64,000 nucleotides of DNA from a virus. Position numbers and translations under genes: made by a program. Below are positions 1-9,313 of the stretch, one piece after another (the first letter of the stretch is position 1; every line of letters starts with the position of its first letter). The notes below the pieces were generated by a model. That model searched no databases. It was not told the DNA's origin and saw only the letters and a list, made by a program, of their open reading frames with translations. Where the stretch lies: the IMG/VR virus record IMGVR_UViG_3300021399_000164, positions 1,293 to 65,292 of that record; one strand, given 5' to 3'.

Positions 1-49
1 GCGATGAAATGATTCTTGCAACATCACCCTTTTTAAAACGATTTTCCAT
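1..49 (-). CDS. 5' end of a gene running off the left edge (MENRFKKGDVARII...)
   Basis: ATG at 49 after an A/T-rich leader, just downstream of the promoter at 72-105; frame open to the edge. Confidence 0.55.
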   Translation of the reverse strand, partial: MENRFKKGDVARIISS

Positions 50-71
50 ATATTAATTAATTAAATGTTTT

Positions 72-105
72 TGCAAAGATATGCTTATATTTTGAATATT
101 CCAAA
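72..105 (-). promoter_or_regulatory. Bacteroidetes-type promoter with conserved box
   Basis: Minus strand reads TTTGGAATATTCAAAA-N8-TATCTTTGCA (-33 TTTG, -7 TAnnTTTG). Confidence 0.8.
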
Positions 106-665
106 TTTTTTTGAGAAAAAGTTTAAAATTTTTGTTTTTTGTTTTTTTTAGACAAAAATATTATATAGTTTACCCTTTATATCCTTCACACTATATATAT
201 TATCTATATAAAGCACGAAATGGATATTTTCAAACAATTAACTTTAACTTTGTTATCAACTATACATAAAAATTAGTATAGTAGTTATATTGTTTGCATA
301 GATTAAACAACTACCTATCTCCTTTAGTATTCGGCTGACTTTTACTTGTCTTCATCAGAAAAGAAATTTTCGCCTTTTTTTGTTTTTCGTGAAGTCGGTG
401 GTCGTGAGGGTTGCACGTTGCCACCACTTGCGGCATTTCCAGTCTGATATACGTTGCTAATCTGAACACTTTTATGTATCGGGTGATAAGTCCGAAGAGG
501 AGTGTACTGATTCAACCTCGCTATGATGTCATAAAACAAAAAACCCAACAGGCGTTGACTGGATTGCCTGTTGGATTTTTATCTATATAGTTTGGCATGA
601 TTGCCTATTATAGATTCATTAAATTATGTCCGTTAAACAAGTTCCAGCCATTCTTGTTTTACACT

Positions 666-698
666 TGCAAAGATAGATAAAAGTTTTAATATACCAAA
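666..698 (-). promoter_or_regulatory. Bacteroidetes-type promoter, variant box
   Basis: Minus strand TTTGGTATATTAAAA...TATCTTTGCA. Confidence 0.7.
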
Positions 699-727
699 AT
701 AATTTTCGGTTTTTTTTAAAAAAAAGT

Positions 728-1165
728 TCATTTTTTCTCAATTTTCTGTTTTGTACATTCAAATTCCATGTAAAACTCATCATCCAAGTACAAGTCAAAG
801 TGCATTTTCCATTCATTGACACCATTCACGACTTTGCCAACATAAATATCCTTGACATCAAAAACTGCCTTTTCTTCTCCGTTTACAAAGTCGCATTCAA
901 CTTTATTTCCTTTCCAGCCGTACGAACCGAAATAGGTGTCTTTGCCGATAAACATCTTCACGGATTGAAATTCATTGAATGTGATGATGCAAAATGCCAT
1001 TCGTTCTTGTTCCTTGTCATGTCCTATGCAGACCCAATTTCCAGTGATGTCTTTCCTGAAAGAATCATTTTCACCTTTATTGCATGATGAGAATAAAAGT
1101 GAAATAACAAGTCCGCTCACGCACATAGCCAATGCTATGATAAGTGCAATAAAAATCTTTTTCAT
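728..1165 (-). CDS. predicted lipoprotein, possibly lipocalin-like
   Basis: MKK plus hydrophobic stretch plus LLFSSC lipobox; ITGNW motif; beta-rich. Confidence 0.6.
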   Translation of the reverse strand: MKKIFIALIIALAMCVSGLVISLLFSSCNKGENDSFRKDITGNWVCIGHDKEQERMAFCIITFNEFQSVKMFIGKDTYFGSYGWKGNKVECDFVNGEEKAVFDVKDIYVGKVVNGVNEWKMHFDLYLDDEFYMEFECTKQKIEKK

Positions 1166-1584
1166 AATTTCAATAGTTTTTTAGTTAGATATAATTTGAT
1201 TCCATTCCAAACGCACAAGAAAGCGCACAAAGCGAGAAAAGTTATTATGCCTACAACTATCCCATCTTGTATGTAGAAACATTCCAGAAGCATTCTGAAA
1301 GCCAAATTAAGACTTATTACATGAACACACATAAACGTCCTCCAACATAATTCAAGTGCAAAGCATAAAGTGTATAGCAAAAGAACATCTATCCAATCTA
1401 TGTAGACAATTTCCGATATAAAATCTGAAAGGGGTGTATAATAAAAGCTGTCACCTTCGTTTGTATTCACAATTACATCAAAAATGATTGCATAGATGTT
1501 TTCAATATATCCTGCTAATAACAAGAACACAAACAAGAACGGCAGCAGCTTACCACACCAAATCAATGCTCGTTTAAAAAACAT
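1162..1584 (-). CDS. membrane protein with about 4 TM helices
   Basis: Several long hydrophobic segments; overlaps neighbouring genes. Confidence 0.65.
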   Translation of the reverse strand: MFFKRALIWCGKLLPFLFVFLLLAGYIENIYAIIFDVIVNTNEGDSFYYTPLSDFISEIVYIDWIDVLLLYTLCFALELCWRTFMCVHVISLNLAFRMLLECFYIQDGIVVGIITFLALCAFLCVWNGIKLYLTKKLLKL

Positions 1585-1766
1585 TATTTTTTTCTTTTTA
1601 TCCTTGCACGGATAAGTCCGACATTACTTTTTACAGAAGGATGCCCAATAACACCAACATTACTTTTTCGTGTAGTTGGTGTACCCGTGTATCTGAATTT
1701 TCTTTTCAATCCGCCAACAAATACAGGTTGAAATGAAAGTTTGATACTTTTCTTTGGTTTAGCCAT
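1584..1766 (-). CDS. small basic protein
   Basis: 60 aa, K/R-rich, internal KSNVG repeat, fits operon spacing. Confidence 0.5.
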   Translation of the reverse strand: MAKPKKSIKLSFQPVFVGGLKRKFRYTGTPTTRKSNVGVIGHPSVKSNVGLIRARIKRKK

Positions 1767-1773
1767 CGTCTAC

Positions 1774-2148
1774 TCAATATAGAAAATCTTTCACCTTCTC
1801 TATTTCCTCATCCAATGCTTGTTTCTTCTTACGAAGTTCGGACAAGTCTGCATGAGGACAACCCATACACCATGATTTCAGGTTTATCTGACGTAATCCG
1901 TATTCCATTATTTCCAAGTTATAATCATACCAAGAAATAAAATTACCGAAATCAACGTTATGTGTAAGACAATAAAGCATATCTTGCAAGTCAATGAAAA
2001 GTTCGCCAACCATTGCTATAGTTCCGACATCTCCACCGACCCACGCATCTTTTACATACGTCATGTCGTACTTTTTACAAAACGCTTGCAAGATATTCTC
2101 ACAAGCGTTATTGTAGTCAGTCCTTATTTGTTTAATATCCTTTCCCAT
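1774..2148 (-). CDS. hypothetical phage protein
   Basis: 124 aa ORF tightly packed in the operon. Confidence 0.7.
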   Translation of the reverse strand: MGKDIKQIRTDYNNACENILQAFCKKYDMTYVKDAWVGGDVGTIAMVGELFIDLQDMLYCLTHNVDFGNFISWYDYNLEIMEYGLRQINLKSWCMGCPHADLSELRKKKQALDEEIEKVKDFLY

Positions 2149-2495
2149 AGATTACGGCTTTTTAATTCTTCTATTCTTTTTTGTAGGACTGCGACATATT
2201 TGTCAATTCGACTCACTTCTTCTTTCAGTTCTTTGTTCTCTTTTTGTAGTTTCTCAATTGTGACCTTGCAAAGTTTTTCGACATCCTTCTTTACGTCTTC
2301 AAAATCTTCTAAGTCTATTGATTCTTCACCGTCATCATCTATGTAGCACACAATCACTCGTTGTCCTTCCTTTTCTTTCAACTCATCTATTTGGTCGGAA
2401 AGTGCCTTGTTGTGTTCTTCTAACTTGTGGATATAATCTACCATTCCCATCAGGGATTCCAATTCCACCGTTGTCTGTCCTTTTAATCTATCCAT
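2124..2495 (-). CDS. coiled-coil hypothetical protein
   Basis: Heptad-rich E/K sequence ending RNLWERILNK. Confidence 0.7.
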   Translation of the reverse strand: MDRLKGQTTVELESLMGMVDYIHKLEEHNKALSDQIDELKEKEGQRVIVCYIDDDGEESIDLEDFEDVKKDVEKLCKVTIEKLQKENKELKEEVSRIDKYVAVLQKRIEELKSRNLWERILNK

Positions 2496-2506
2496 ATTAT
2501 TTTTTT

Positions 2507-2671
2507 TTATTGTTGTTTATAATACTTGATTAGAACCCCACGTAATTTGCCACGCTGGAACTCCATCGTCTCATAAAGGTTTTCCCTTATCCTGTTATAG
2601 ATGGTCTGCGAGGTAACGTTTTCACGTTTCGCCACCTCGCTGACGCTTAGCCATTCAAATTCTTTTTCCAT
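2507..2671 (-). CDS. small excisionase-like HTH protein (not in ORF track)
   Basis: Manual translation MEKEFEWLSVSEVAKRENVTSQTIYNRIRENLY..., an HTH_17/MerR-like pattern; alternative ATG at 2680. Confidence 0.7.
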   Translation of the reverse strand: MEKEFEWLSVSEVAKRENVTSQTIYNRIRENLYETMEFQRGKLRGVLIKYYKQQ

Positions 2672-2699
2672 ATATTTCATTCTATCTTTCTATCTTGTT

Positions 2700-3275
2700 T
2701 TATTTCCCAGAGCTGCCATAGCCACCTTCGCCACGTTCTGACTCAGACAATTCGTCAGCCCATTCAAAGACTACATCAGGAATCTTCACCACGACAAGTT
2801 GCCCTATCCTATCGCCAATTTCATACATACGTGGCTGAAATGGCTCGCAGCCTTCCTCTACATCAGGATAGTTTTTACTACGTCCGTAGAATGACACGAA
2901 TTGTGTGTCGAAATCAGTTTGTTTTGTGCCAAGATAATCCGTTTCTGAAAGACCATGACCATCCTTATCACACACGGTCAATGACGGTTTGAATTTAAAC
3001 GTCACCTCACCCCTAAAACCAGCATCCAAAATTCCAACAGAGTTACTCAAAAGTAAGTCTTTCTTTGCGTTGCTTGACCTTGGGAACAGCATTCCAACAT
3101 ATCCTTCAGGGATTTCAAAGGCAATTCCAGTTCCATAAACTACCGCACCATGCTCATCAAACACCCTTGATGTTGCATAAAGGTCAAATCCTGCGTCCGT
3201 ATTATGCGCACGATATGGCATCTTGGCATTCTCATTCAGTTTCTTTATCTTTACGTTCATTTTCTTCTTGCTCAA
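2700..3275 (-). CDS. dut: trimeric dUTPase
   Basis: Motifs AGFDL, PRSS, GILDAGFRGE, RIGQL, RGEGGYGSSG. Confidence 0.95.
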   Translation of the reverse strand: MSKKKMNVKIKKLNENAKMPYRAHNTDAGFDLYATSRVFDEHGAVVYGTGIAFEIPEGYVGMLFPRSSNAKKDLLLSNSVGILDAGFRGEVTFKFKPSLTVCDKDGHGLSETDYLGTKQTDFDTQFVSFYGRSKNYPDVEEGCEPFQPRMYEIGDRIGQLVVVKIPDVVFEWADELSESERGEGGYGSSGK

Positions 3276-3939
3276 TTTTTTTAATAATCACTTCCTCGTT
3301 TTCTTGTTCTTGCATTGCTTCCATCTCTTGTTGTGCAAACTCGTCATCAGTCAGTTTGTGGAATATCACACGTTCATTTATGTTGTTGGTGAACTCCTTT
3401 ATGTTCTCGCACAAGTTTTCAATGAATTGCTTGTTCGTTAAATCATCCGTATGTTCACGCAACACGATTGCATTTCGTGCGATATTAAACACGTAATCAA
3501 TGTATGTGATGAATGTAGTCGCCTCGCTTTCTCCGATTGAATATAGTGGGCTGAAAACGTTAAATAGCCACATCGAATAATAATGGACAATAAGATACTC
3601 CGTCTGCTTTTCAGAATCTTCTTTCAGTGTCTGCATCAGCTTTCCGAATGAATAACTCTTATTCCCCTTTCCATCATCAACAACACAGTCATTCGCATTC
3701 GCCAAGTCAATAACCATGTCAGTATACACATAGGGTTTCGACACTCCACTTGATGTATATTTGTCAAATACGTGGCGATGGAATCCAGTTCCAACAATGG
3801 CATAATCTTCATTGACGGTAAGTCTCAGACCACGGTCGCTGAAGAAAATGTCCTTTGTGTCCTTTGTCTTGTCAACGTGGACAATGGCACGTCTTATTCT
3901 TTTCTGCAATTGTGAGTTACTTTCTTTCTTTGTTTCCAT
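3232..3939 (-). CDS. hypothetical phage protein
   Basis: 235 aa ORF in operon. Confidence 0.75.
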   Translation of the reverse strand: METKKESNSQLQKRIRRAIVHVDKTKDTKDIFFSDRGLRLTVNEDYAIVGTGFHRHVFDKYTSSGVSKPYVYTDMVIDLANANDCVVDDGKGNKSYSFGKLMQTLKEDSEKQTEYLIVHYYSMWLFNVFSPLYSIGESEATTFITYIDYVFNIARNAIVLREHTDDLTNKQFIENLCENIKEFTNNINERVIFHKLTDDEFAQQEMEAMQEQENEEVIIKKIEQEENERKDKETE

Positions 3940-4075
3940 TTTGTTTTATTTTATCTTGTGAATAAATTGTTTCATCGTAGTCATCATCGTCTATGCAATC
4001 ATGTTTCAGCAATATCAGGACAACAACGGCACACACCAATAATCCAATGCCAAAATAAAAAAGTATATTAAGCAT
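3917..4075 (-). CDS. small single-TM protein
   Basis: MLNILFYFGIGLLVCAVVVLILL followed by an acidic tail; start moved to the ATG at 4075. Confidence 0.55.
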   Translation of the reverse strand: MLNILFYFGIGLLVCAVVVLILLKHDCIDDDDYDETIYSQDKIKQNGNKERK

Positions 4076-4601
4076 CGTTTTCTTTGTGCTCTTCCATCCA
4101 TATAACACTTAACCGCATAACAAGTTCTTGGTGTGTTTTTGGCACTCTTGCATTCAACCGATTTCGTTTGTTATATGCCTTGATAAACGCCTTCGCTTCA
4201 TCGTCCGTTTTGATGTTGTCAAAGAAATATTCATTCTTCGGCATTTCAATCTCATCATGCTCTACATCTTCCATTTCAAGTTCTTTCGCCTCTTCTTGTA
4301 GCAATTTCATTTTAGCCTTGCTTTCCTCATCCAAGTCTGCGGTCTTGAAATCGACCTCATCCATGTATTGTGGCACGACAAAGATTTTTTTAATCGCACC
4401 AAATGGTTCCGTGTCGAATGTTTTCACCACATGTGGACTTGAATCGCCATCATCATATTTAACAACACAATAACTTTCAATGTCGCCATAGAGTTCAACA
4501 ACACCAACTCCACTTTTAAAAGTGGACTTATTATCCCATTCTTTTTTGGGGATAGCTGGTATCTTCAGGTACTTGCATACCTCTTGTTCATTTCTAATCA
4601 T
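4068..4601 (-). CDS. hypothetical phage protein
   Basis: 177 aa ORF with A-rich start context. Confidence 0.75.
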   Translation of the reverse strand: MIRNEQEVCKYLKIPAIPKKEWDNKSTFKSGVGVVELYGDIESYCVVKYDDGDSSPHVVKTFDTEPFGAIKKIFVVPQYMDEVDFKTADLDEESKAKMKLLQEEAKELEMEDVEHDEIEMPKNEYFFDNIKTDDEAKAFIKAYNKRNRLNARVPKTHQELVMRLSVIWMEEHKENDA

Positions 4602-4752
4602 GACTAATTATATATTAAGTTTTATCTTTGTATAACAAAAACAACATCTATTTTCACAAACCGATGTTGCAAAACTGGGATTTAAAAAACATTAATAAAA
4701 TACCAAAATCTTTTTCATAAACTTTTTTACAGTATGTAAAGTAAATTGTCCT

Positions 4753-4786
4753 TGCAAATTTACGAACTTATTTTGAATATTCCAAA
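4753..4786 (-). promoter_or_regulatory. Bacteroidetes-type promoter with conserved box
   Basis: Minus strand TTTGGAATATTCAAAA-N8-TAAATTTGCA. Confidence 0.8.
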
Positions 4787-4787
4787 T

Positions 4788-5447
4788 TTATTCTTCATAA
4801 TCTGATGTATCAACCTTTTCAAGTAACTTCAAGATAAACTCACCATCTTTTAATTTTGATATAATGATGAGGAATCCATTTTCTATGTCCGTATTCTTTC
4901 GCAAGTCACAATGATAATTTTTAATTTTGTCGTTTTCTTTTTGTACTAGCCTTGCAAATTGATGGAACGCTTCAGCAACTGATGTCAATTTGTATTTTCT
5001 CATTGGCAACGCATAGAACTTTACATTGGTTTCCAACGAATCAATTACCGCATCACAATTGGCAAGTGTGGCGTCGACCATCGTATATGCTATTGATAAG
5101 TTGACCATAAGTTCTATATTCGGCACATGACACCTTTGCAATTCCATCCTGACAGAGTTTTCCAATTTCATCATGTCAAGTCCTAAGGTGCTTTCAAGTT
5201 CGTCATTCAAATCCGCCAAGAAATAAGACAATTCTTTTATTCGCTTACCCATCTTTGCGTTATAGTCTCGCATCCGCTTATGTAATAAGTTTGCACGATA
5301 CTTAATTGCACCTTTGTACATCGGCATCTGTTCAATCAGTTCTAGTGACTTATAGATGTAGGACATTGCTACATCATTCGTGAATAATATATTATACATC
5401 GTGATGATGAGCAATGTCCTAGTTTTTTTGTCTATTTCTTTATTCAT
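4788..5447 (-). CDS. hypothetical helical protein
   Basis: 219 aa ORF translationally coupled to recT. Confidence 0.75.
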   Translation of the reverse strand: MNKEIDKKTRTLLIITMYNILFTNDVAMSYIYKSLELIEQMPMYKGAIKYRANLLHKRMRDYNAKMGKRIKELSYFLADLNDELESTLGLDMMKLENSVRMELQRCHVPNIELMVNLSIAYTMVDATLANCDAVIDSLETNVKFYALPMRKYKLTSVAEAFHQFARLVQKENDKIKNYHCDLRKNTDIENGFLIIISKLKDGEFILKLLEKVDTSDYEE

Positions 5448-6241
5448 TCTTGTGCGGTTTCAAAGTCTGCAAACTTGTTTGCGACCTCCTGTGCCTTTTC
5501 TTCATCCACGCCAGTAGTGGGATTGTCAATGTATTCAACCTCGGCATCGTCAATTTCATCCACATTGCTTATTTGTGTCAGGTCGTTCTTGACAACACCT
5601 TGGTCAAACTTGATTGCACGCTGCATCTCAATAGATAATATTCCGAATCGGGAAAGCAACATCTTCAAGACAGTTTTTCTTCCCATTGCATCAGGGTCGG
5701 TAGTCCACACACCTCGGCTGAAAGACTTTGAATATTTCTTGCCGTGAGCCAAAGCTTCTTCCTTGGTCATGTAGAGATATTTCTCAAATCCGCCTATTGT
5801 CCTGAAGAACGCCATATACCCTATCACCTTGTCAGAAACACGCTTGGTTGCATCGAACACATACTCATCGGTAAACGGGTCTGCCTTTATCAGTTCGCCT
5901 TCATGTACATCGCAATTCGTGATTTTCGCATATTGTCCTGAACGTATTGCAAGTTGTGTCAAGCCACGCACCATGATTTGAAATTGTGCCGAGCCACCGT
6001 AAGGTACGATAGCCGCAAATCCAAGATTCGGATTGATTGGCAAATCCAATGATGCTGCGACCATCGCACTTGAATAGATGGTCTTTGGGTCTGCGTTCTG
6101 CAAAAGCTTGTTGTTATTCACTACGGAAAGCACACTTGTTGCGAATCCTTGCGCTTTCTGCCCAAGCATTGCACGAAGGTTAGCTTTCACACTTTCATTC
6201 TCAAAATACCCTTTAAGGGCAACTAGATTTGAATTAGCCAT
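5444..6241 (-). CDS. recT: RecT-family single-strand annealing protein
   Basis: AASLDLPINPNLGFAAIVPY, QLAIRSGQY, W...DAMGRKTVLK motifs. Confidence 0.9.
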   Translation of the reverse strand: MANSNLVALKGYFENESVKANLRAMLGQKAQGFATSVLSVVNNNKLLQNADPKTIYSSAMVAASLDLPINPNLGFAAIVPYGGSAQFQIMVRGLTQLAIRSGQYAKITNCDVHEGELIKADPFTDEYVFDATKRVSDKVIGYMAFFRTIGGFEKYLYMTKEEALAHGKKYSKSFSRGVWTTDPDAMGRKTVLKMLLSRFGILSIEMQRAIKFDQGVVKNDLTQISNVDEIDDAEVEYIDNPTTGVDEEKAQEVANKFADFETAQE

Positions 6242-6243
6242 AA

Positions 6244-7245
6244 TTAATTTGTTTTGTTTTTAATAGTTATTTTTGCATAGCCTTTACGCTTTGTCATTTT
6301 TGCATACTGCTCCGCATATCGTCTTGCTTTACGTGGGTACACGTTCGCATAATAATCAAAGAAAGCTTTATAGTCAACGCTCTTGCTTTCAGTCGCATCT
6401 ATTCTTGTTATTGTGAACTCATCATTCTTGACAGACTTTATTTCTTTCTCAACCATGAAATCATACAATTTCTGCTTGAACTCTTCGACAGCTTTCTCAC
6501 GTTGTTTTATTTCCGCAAGTAGTGTTATCATCTTGTCGAACTCAGTCTTCACATTAACTGGCAACAAGTCCGCATTGACCTCATCTTCATCATAATACTC
6601 AACGAGGTCATCAAGATACTCATCTATGAGTTTTAGTGCTTTCTTGATGTTGAAAGGCGGGTTGATGAATCTGACTGTGCCGATTTCCATTCTGTCTGGG
6701 TCGAACTCGAGACCATTCGGGTCTGTTAAATCAAGACCATTCGTGTCATAAGTCACCAACATAAGTTTGGTCTTCCATCCTTCTTTTGTCCTGTCCTTAA
6801 TTTTTTCCCTTGCTATGATATGATGAATGTAAAGTTGTCCTTTGTATTGGTCTCTTGTTCCTTTCCAATTTTCTTTTGTGGTCTTTACTTCATACACATA
6901 CAACGTCTTTGTCTCTTCATCTTCAAGCACGATGTCAGGATGTGTAATCAACTTGAAATTGTGACCTCCATATTCTTTTGACACCCATAGTGGATTGGAA
7001 AGATAATGCTTGTCTGATTGCAAAGCCAGTTGCTCAAATATCGTGTTCTCGATGATGTCACCAAAACGCATTGCATCCGTCACGACATTCTCTTGCGGCT
7101 CTATCAAACCCTTTACTATTGCGAGTCTTTTTCGTGCCGACTTTGGCACATATCCCATCGTTGCCACTTGGGCGAGCAAACGACCGTCAGACGAGCCAAG
7201 ACAACCTTTTCTTGTGTTGATAATTTCTTGTTTGTAGTCTACCAT
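6244..7245 (-). CDS. YqaJ/lambda-exonuclease-like recombination nuclease
   Basis: RKGCLGSSD, AMRFG..IE, HPD...YEVKT (PD-(D/E)xK), QLY; adjacent to recT. Confidence 0.8.
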   Translation of the reverse strand: MVDYKQEIINTRKGCLGSSDGRLLAQVATMGYVPKSARKRLAIVKGLIEPQENVVTDAMRFGDIIENTIFEQLALQSDKHYLSNPLWVSKEYGGHNFKLITHPDIVLEDEETKTLYVYEVKTTKENWKGTRDQYKGQLYIHHIIAREKIKDRTKEGWKTKLMLVTYDTNGLDLTDPNGLEFDPDRMEIGTVRFINPPFNIKKALKLIDEYLDDLVEYYDEDEVNADLLPVNVKTEFDKMITLLAEIKQREKAVEEFKQKLYDFMVEKEIKSVKNDEFTITRIDATESKSVDYKAFFDYYANVYPRKARRYAEQYAKMTKRKGYAKITIKNKTN

Positions 7246-7249
7246 TTTT

Positions 7250-7594
7250 TTAATCTGCTAATGTTTTTATTACGTTTATATCTCTCACTACAACATCGTT
7301 CTGATAGAACGTCACACCATTTTTCTCTGCCTTGTAGGCGTTAAGCCGTCCAAGTATGTTGACCAAACATCCGTTGTGACAGTTAACAGCTTGCAAGTAT
7401 TTTACAAGTTTATGGTCAAAAACCTCTATCCTGATACTGATGTGTTCTTTGTTTTCAGTAGAGTCTTTCAGCTCCTTGTCGAATGATTTTACTTGGAGCG
7501 TGAACGATGCATACACACGCCCTTCTATCGTGCGAGAATATCGGAAATCATTTCCGACTCGTCCTTCAAGGACTAATATGTTCTTGTGCCGCAT
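7250..7594 (-). CDS. SSB-like OB-fold protein lacking an acidic tail
   Basis: N.LVLEGRVGND...VNILGRL pattern of SSB. Confidence 0.7.
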   Translation of the reverse strand: MRHKNILVLEGRVGNDFRYSRTIEGRVYASFTLQVKSFDKELKDSTENKEHISIRIEVFDHKLVKYLQAVNCHNGCLVNILGRLNAYKAEKNGVTFYQNDVVVRDINVIKTLAD

Positions 7595-7901
7595 ATCTTC
7601 TTACAATTTCTTGCCCAATATCATCCGCTTTCTTTCTGAACTCCGCATCATACTTGTAATCGTCACCATACTTTTTCAGGGAGTTGATTACGGTGGTATG
7701 ATGACGATTAAGGAATCGTCCTATTTTTGCACATCCTGCGCCACAGAACACGTTGCATAACTTTGCAAGTATTTCCCTTGCCTGAATTATATCTTGTGTT
7801 CTTCGTTGCTCTATGAGCTGTGTCAATGATATTCCATAATAATCACACACACACGATGCAACGTTTTCCAGTTCTATTTTTTTTCCCATATCAGAAATCA
7901 T
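7566..7901 (-). CDS. DnaA C-terminal-domain-like HTH protein
   Basis: VCDYYGIS...RR...AR...IGRFLNRHHTTVINS, matching DnaA domain IV. Confidence 0.75.
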   Translation of the reverse strand: MISDMGKKIELENVASCVCDYYGISLTQLIEQRRTQDIIQAREILAKLCNVFCGAGCAKIGRFLNRHHTTVINSLKKYGDDYKYDAEFRKKADDIGQEIVRRYAAQEHISP

Positions 7902-8271
7902 CTATAGGTTCTTCCAACTCCATAACATCATCCGTGTTCGGTGTGTCCTCTTTGACGACACGTGCGATAGTGATGTCACTTACAAGTACGGACAGTTGTA
8001 CAAATCCCTTGTTTGACTTTGAATTGCTCAACTTACCACGGACGTTGGCAAAGTCACCTTTCTTCACATCTATCTCTTTCAGATATTCAACTTGCTTTTC
8101 GTTGAACACCATCAAAGATATGAATGTCGGATAAGACTCCGTTTTGCCATTTCGGTGCTGGTAAGTGTTAGTTATAATTTTAATTGTCGCATATTGTTTT
8201 TCGGTCTTAGTGGTTTTGTAAGCCACATCATTGACACGACCGCTTAAAAACACTTCGTTTTGGTTTATCAT
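7891..8271 (-). CDS. ssb: single-stranded DNA-binding protein
   Basis: NEVFLSGRV, KKGDFANVRGKL, acidic C-terminus EEPIDDF. Confidence 0.8.
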   Translation of the reverse strand: MINQNEVFLSGRVNDVAYKTTKTEKQYATIKIITNTYQHRNGKTESYPTFISLMVFNEKQVEYLKEIDVKKGDFANVRGKLSNSKSNKGFVQLSVLVSDITIARVVKEDTPNTDDVMELEEPIDDF

Positions 8272-8273
8272 AT

Positions 8274-8468
8274 TTATTCGTTGTTTATGTATTTGTTGTA
8301 GTACTTATCCATACCCCACCATTGCCAAAGGTAGGTCATGGCAATCACATCAATCAGGAAAGCAATCTTCGTTGCTACAAAAGATTCAAAATTGTCTGTT
8401 TCCGCAATCAGCAAGATGAAACTTGCAATGAGCATAATTGCCAAGATAGTTGTTTTAATTGTTTTCAT
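8274..8468 (-). CDS. small 2-TM protein
   Basis: Two hydrophobic segments. Confidence 0.6.
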   Translation of the reverse strand: MKTIKTTILAIMLIASFILLIAETDNFESFVATKIAFLIDVIAMTYLWQWWGMDKYYNKYINNE

Positions 8469-8585
8469 AATCTCTATATTATATTGTTTTTAAGTTAATA
8501 AATAATTCTTTGAAATAATCGCACCTATTTTCACAAACAAGTGCGACCGAACACTATGAAAAATCTAACAAAACATTAATAACAT

Positions 8586-8630
8586 TTGTGGTCATAGTCG
8601 GAATCGAACCGACACTTAAACCGTTTGACC
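8586..8630 (-). ncRNA. tRNA-like minihelix (acceptor stem plus T-arm only)
   Basis: GGTCAAA-CGGTTTAAGT-GTCGG TTCGATT CCGAC-TATGACC-A-CAA. Confidence 0.6.
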
Positions 8631-8772
8631 GTCTATTTATAAAAGCAAGTCTATTTTCGCAAACCGACTTTGCTTTTTTGGAAGTTTCCGCAACTCCTTG
8701 CGTTCACTTCCCACACTCTTAAATACTAAATAATCTAAAATACCATAATTATTATAAATCACAAAATAATAT

Positions 8773-8806
8773 TGCAAAGTTAAGCAATAATTTTGAATAT
8801 TCCAAA
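8773..8806 (-). promoter_or_regulatory. Bacteroidetes-type promoter with conserved box
   Basis: Minus strand TTTGGAATATTCAAAA-N8-TAACTTTGCA. Confidence 0.8.
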
Positions 8807-8812
8807 TGGTTT

Positions 8813-9094
8813 TCAAGAAAATTTCTTTAGCATCTCTTGAAATTTACCAAGAAGCGAAAGAAACTTTGTTTCAAATTCTTTCTTGAGTATTTCTTTATCA
8901 AAAGGGGGCACATCGTCATCTTGTTCTACGTATATGCCAAATGTATGTAACATTTTGGCGGATGCAAGTGCCATTATCATCATCACATCCATTGTGCTGT
9001 TTGCCTCATCAGAGCAAAATGCAAGAATGGAATTTGCATAATCCTCAATTTTCCTCGCACTTTCTGGGGTAAATTTTTTCAATGAATCATCCAT
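8813..9094 (-). CDS. hypothetical protein
   Basis: 93 aa ORF, ACAACTATG start context. Confidence 0.65.
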   Translation of the reverse strand: MDDSLKKFTPESARKIEDYANSILAFCSDEANSTMDVMMIMALASAKMLHTFGIYVEQDDDVPPFDKEILKKEFETKFLSLLGKFQEMLKKFS

Positions 9095-9109
9095 AGTTGT
9101 TGTGTTTTT

Positions 9110-9313
9110 TTATTTGTTATACAATTCGTTTGCCCTGTCTACGACCATTTGCCGACATTCGTTGTCGAGATTCGCATACCAATATAAGGTGTTTTTTGAT
9201 TCCACCCATTTGTTGTATATATGCAATCCAAGGTTTTCACCAAAGACCGTTTGTGCCTCGTATGGTGTCCATTTGTTGAACATATACCACATGAAATTCG
9301 TTACTTCATTCAT
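9110..9313 (-). CDS. hypothetical protein
   Basis: Start moved to MNEVTNF, overlapping the upstream stop. Confidence 0.6.
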   Translation of the reverse strand: MNEVTNFMWYMFNKWTPYEAQTVFGENLGLHIYNKWVESKNTLYWYANLDNECRQMVVDRANELYNK

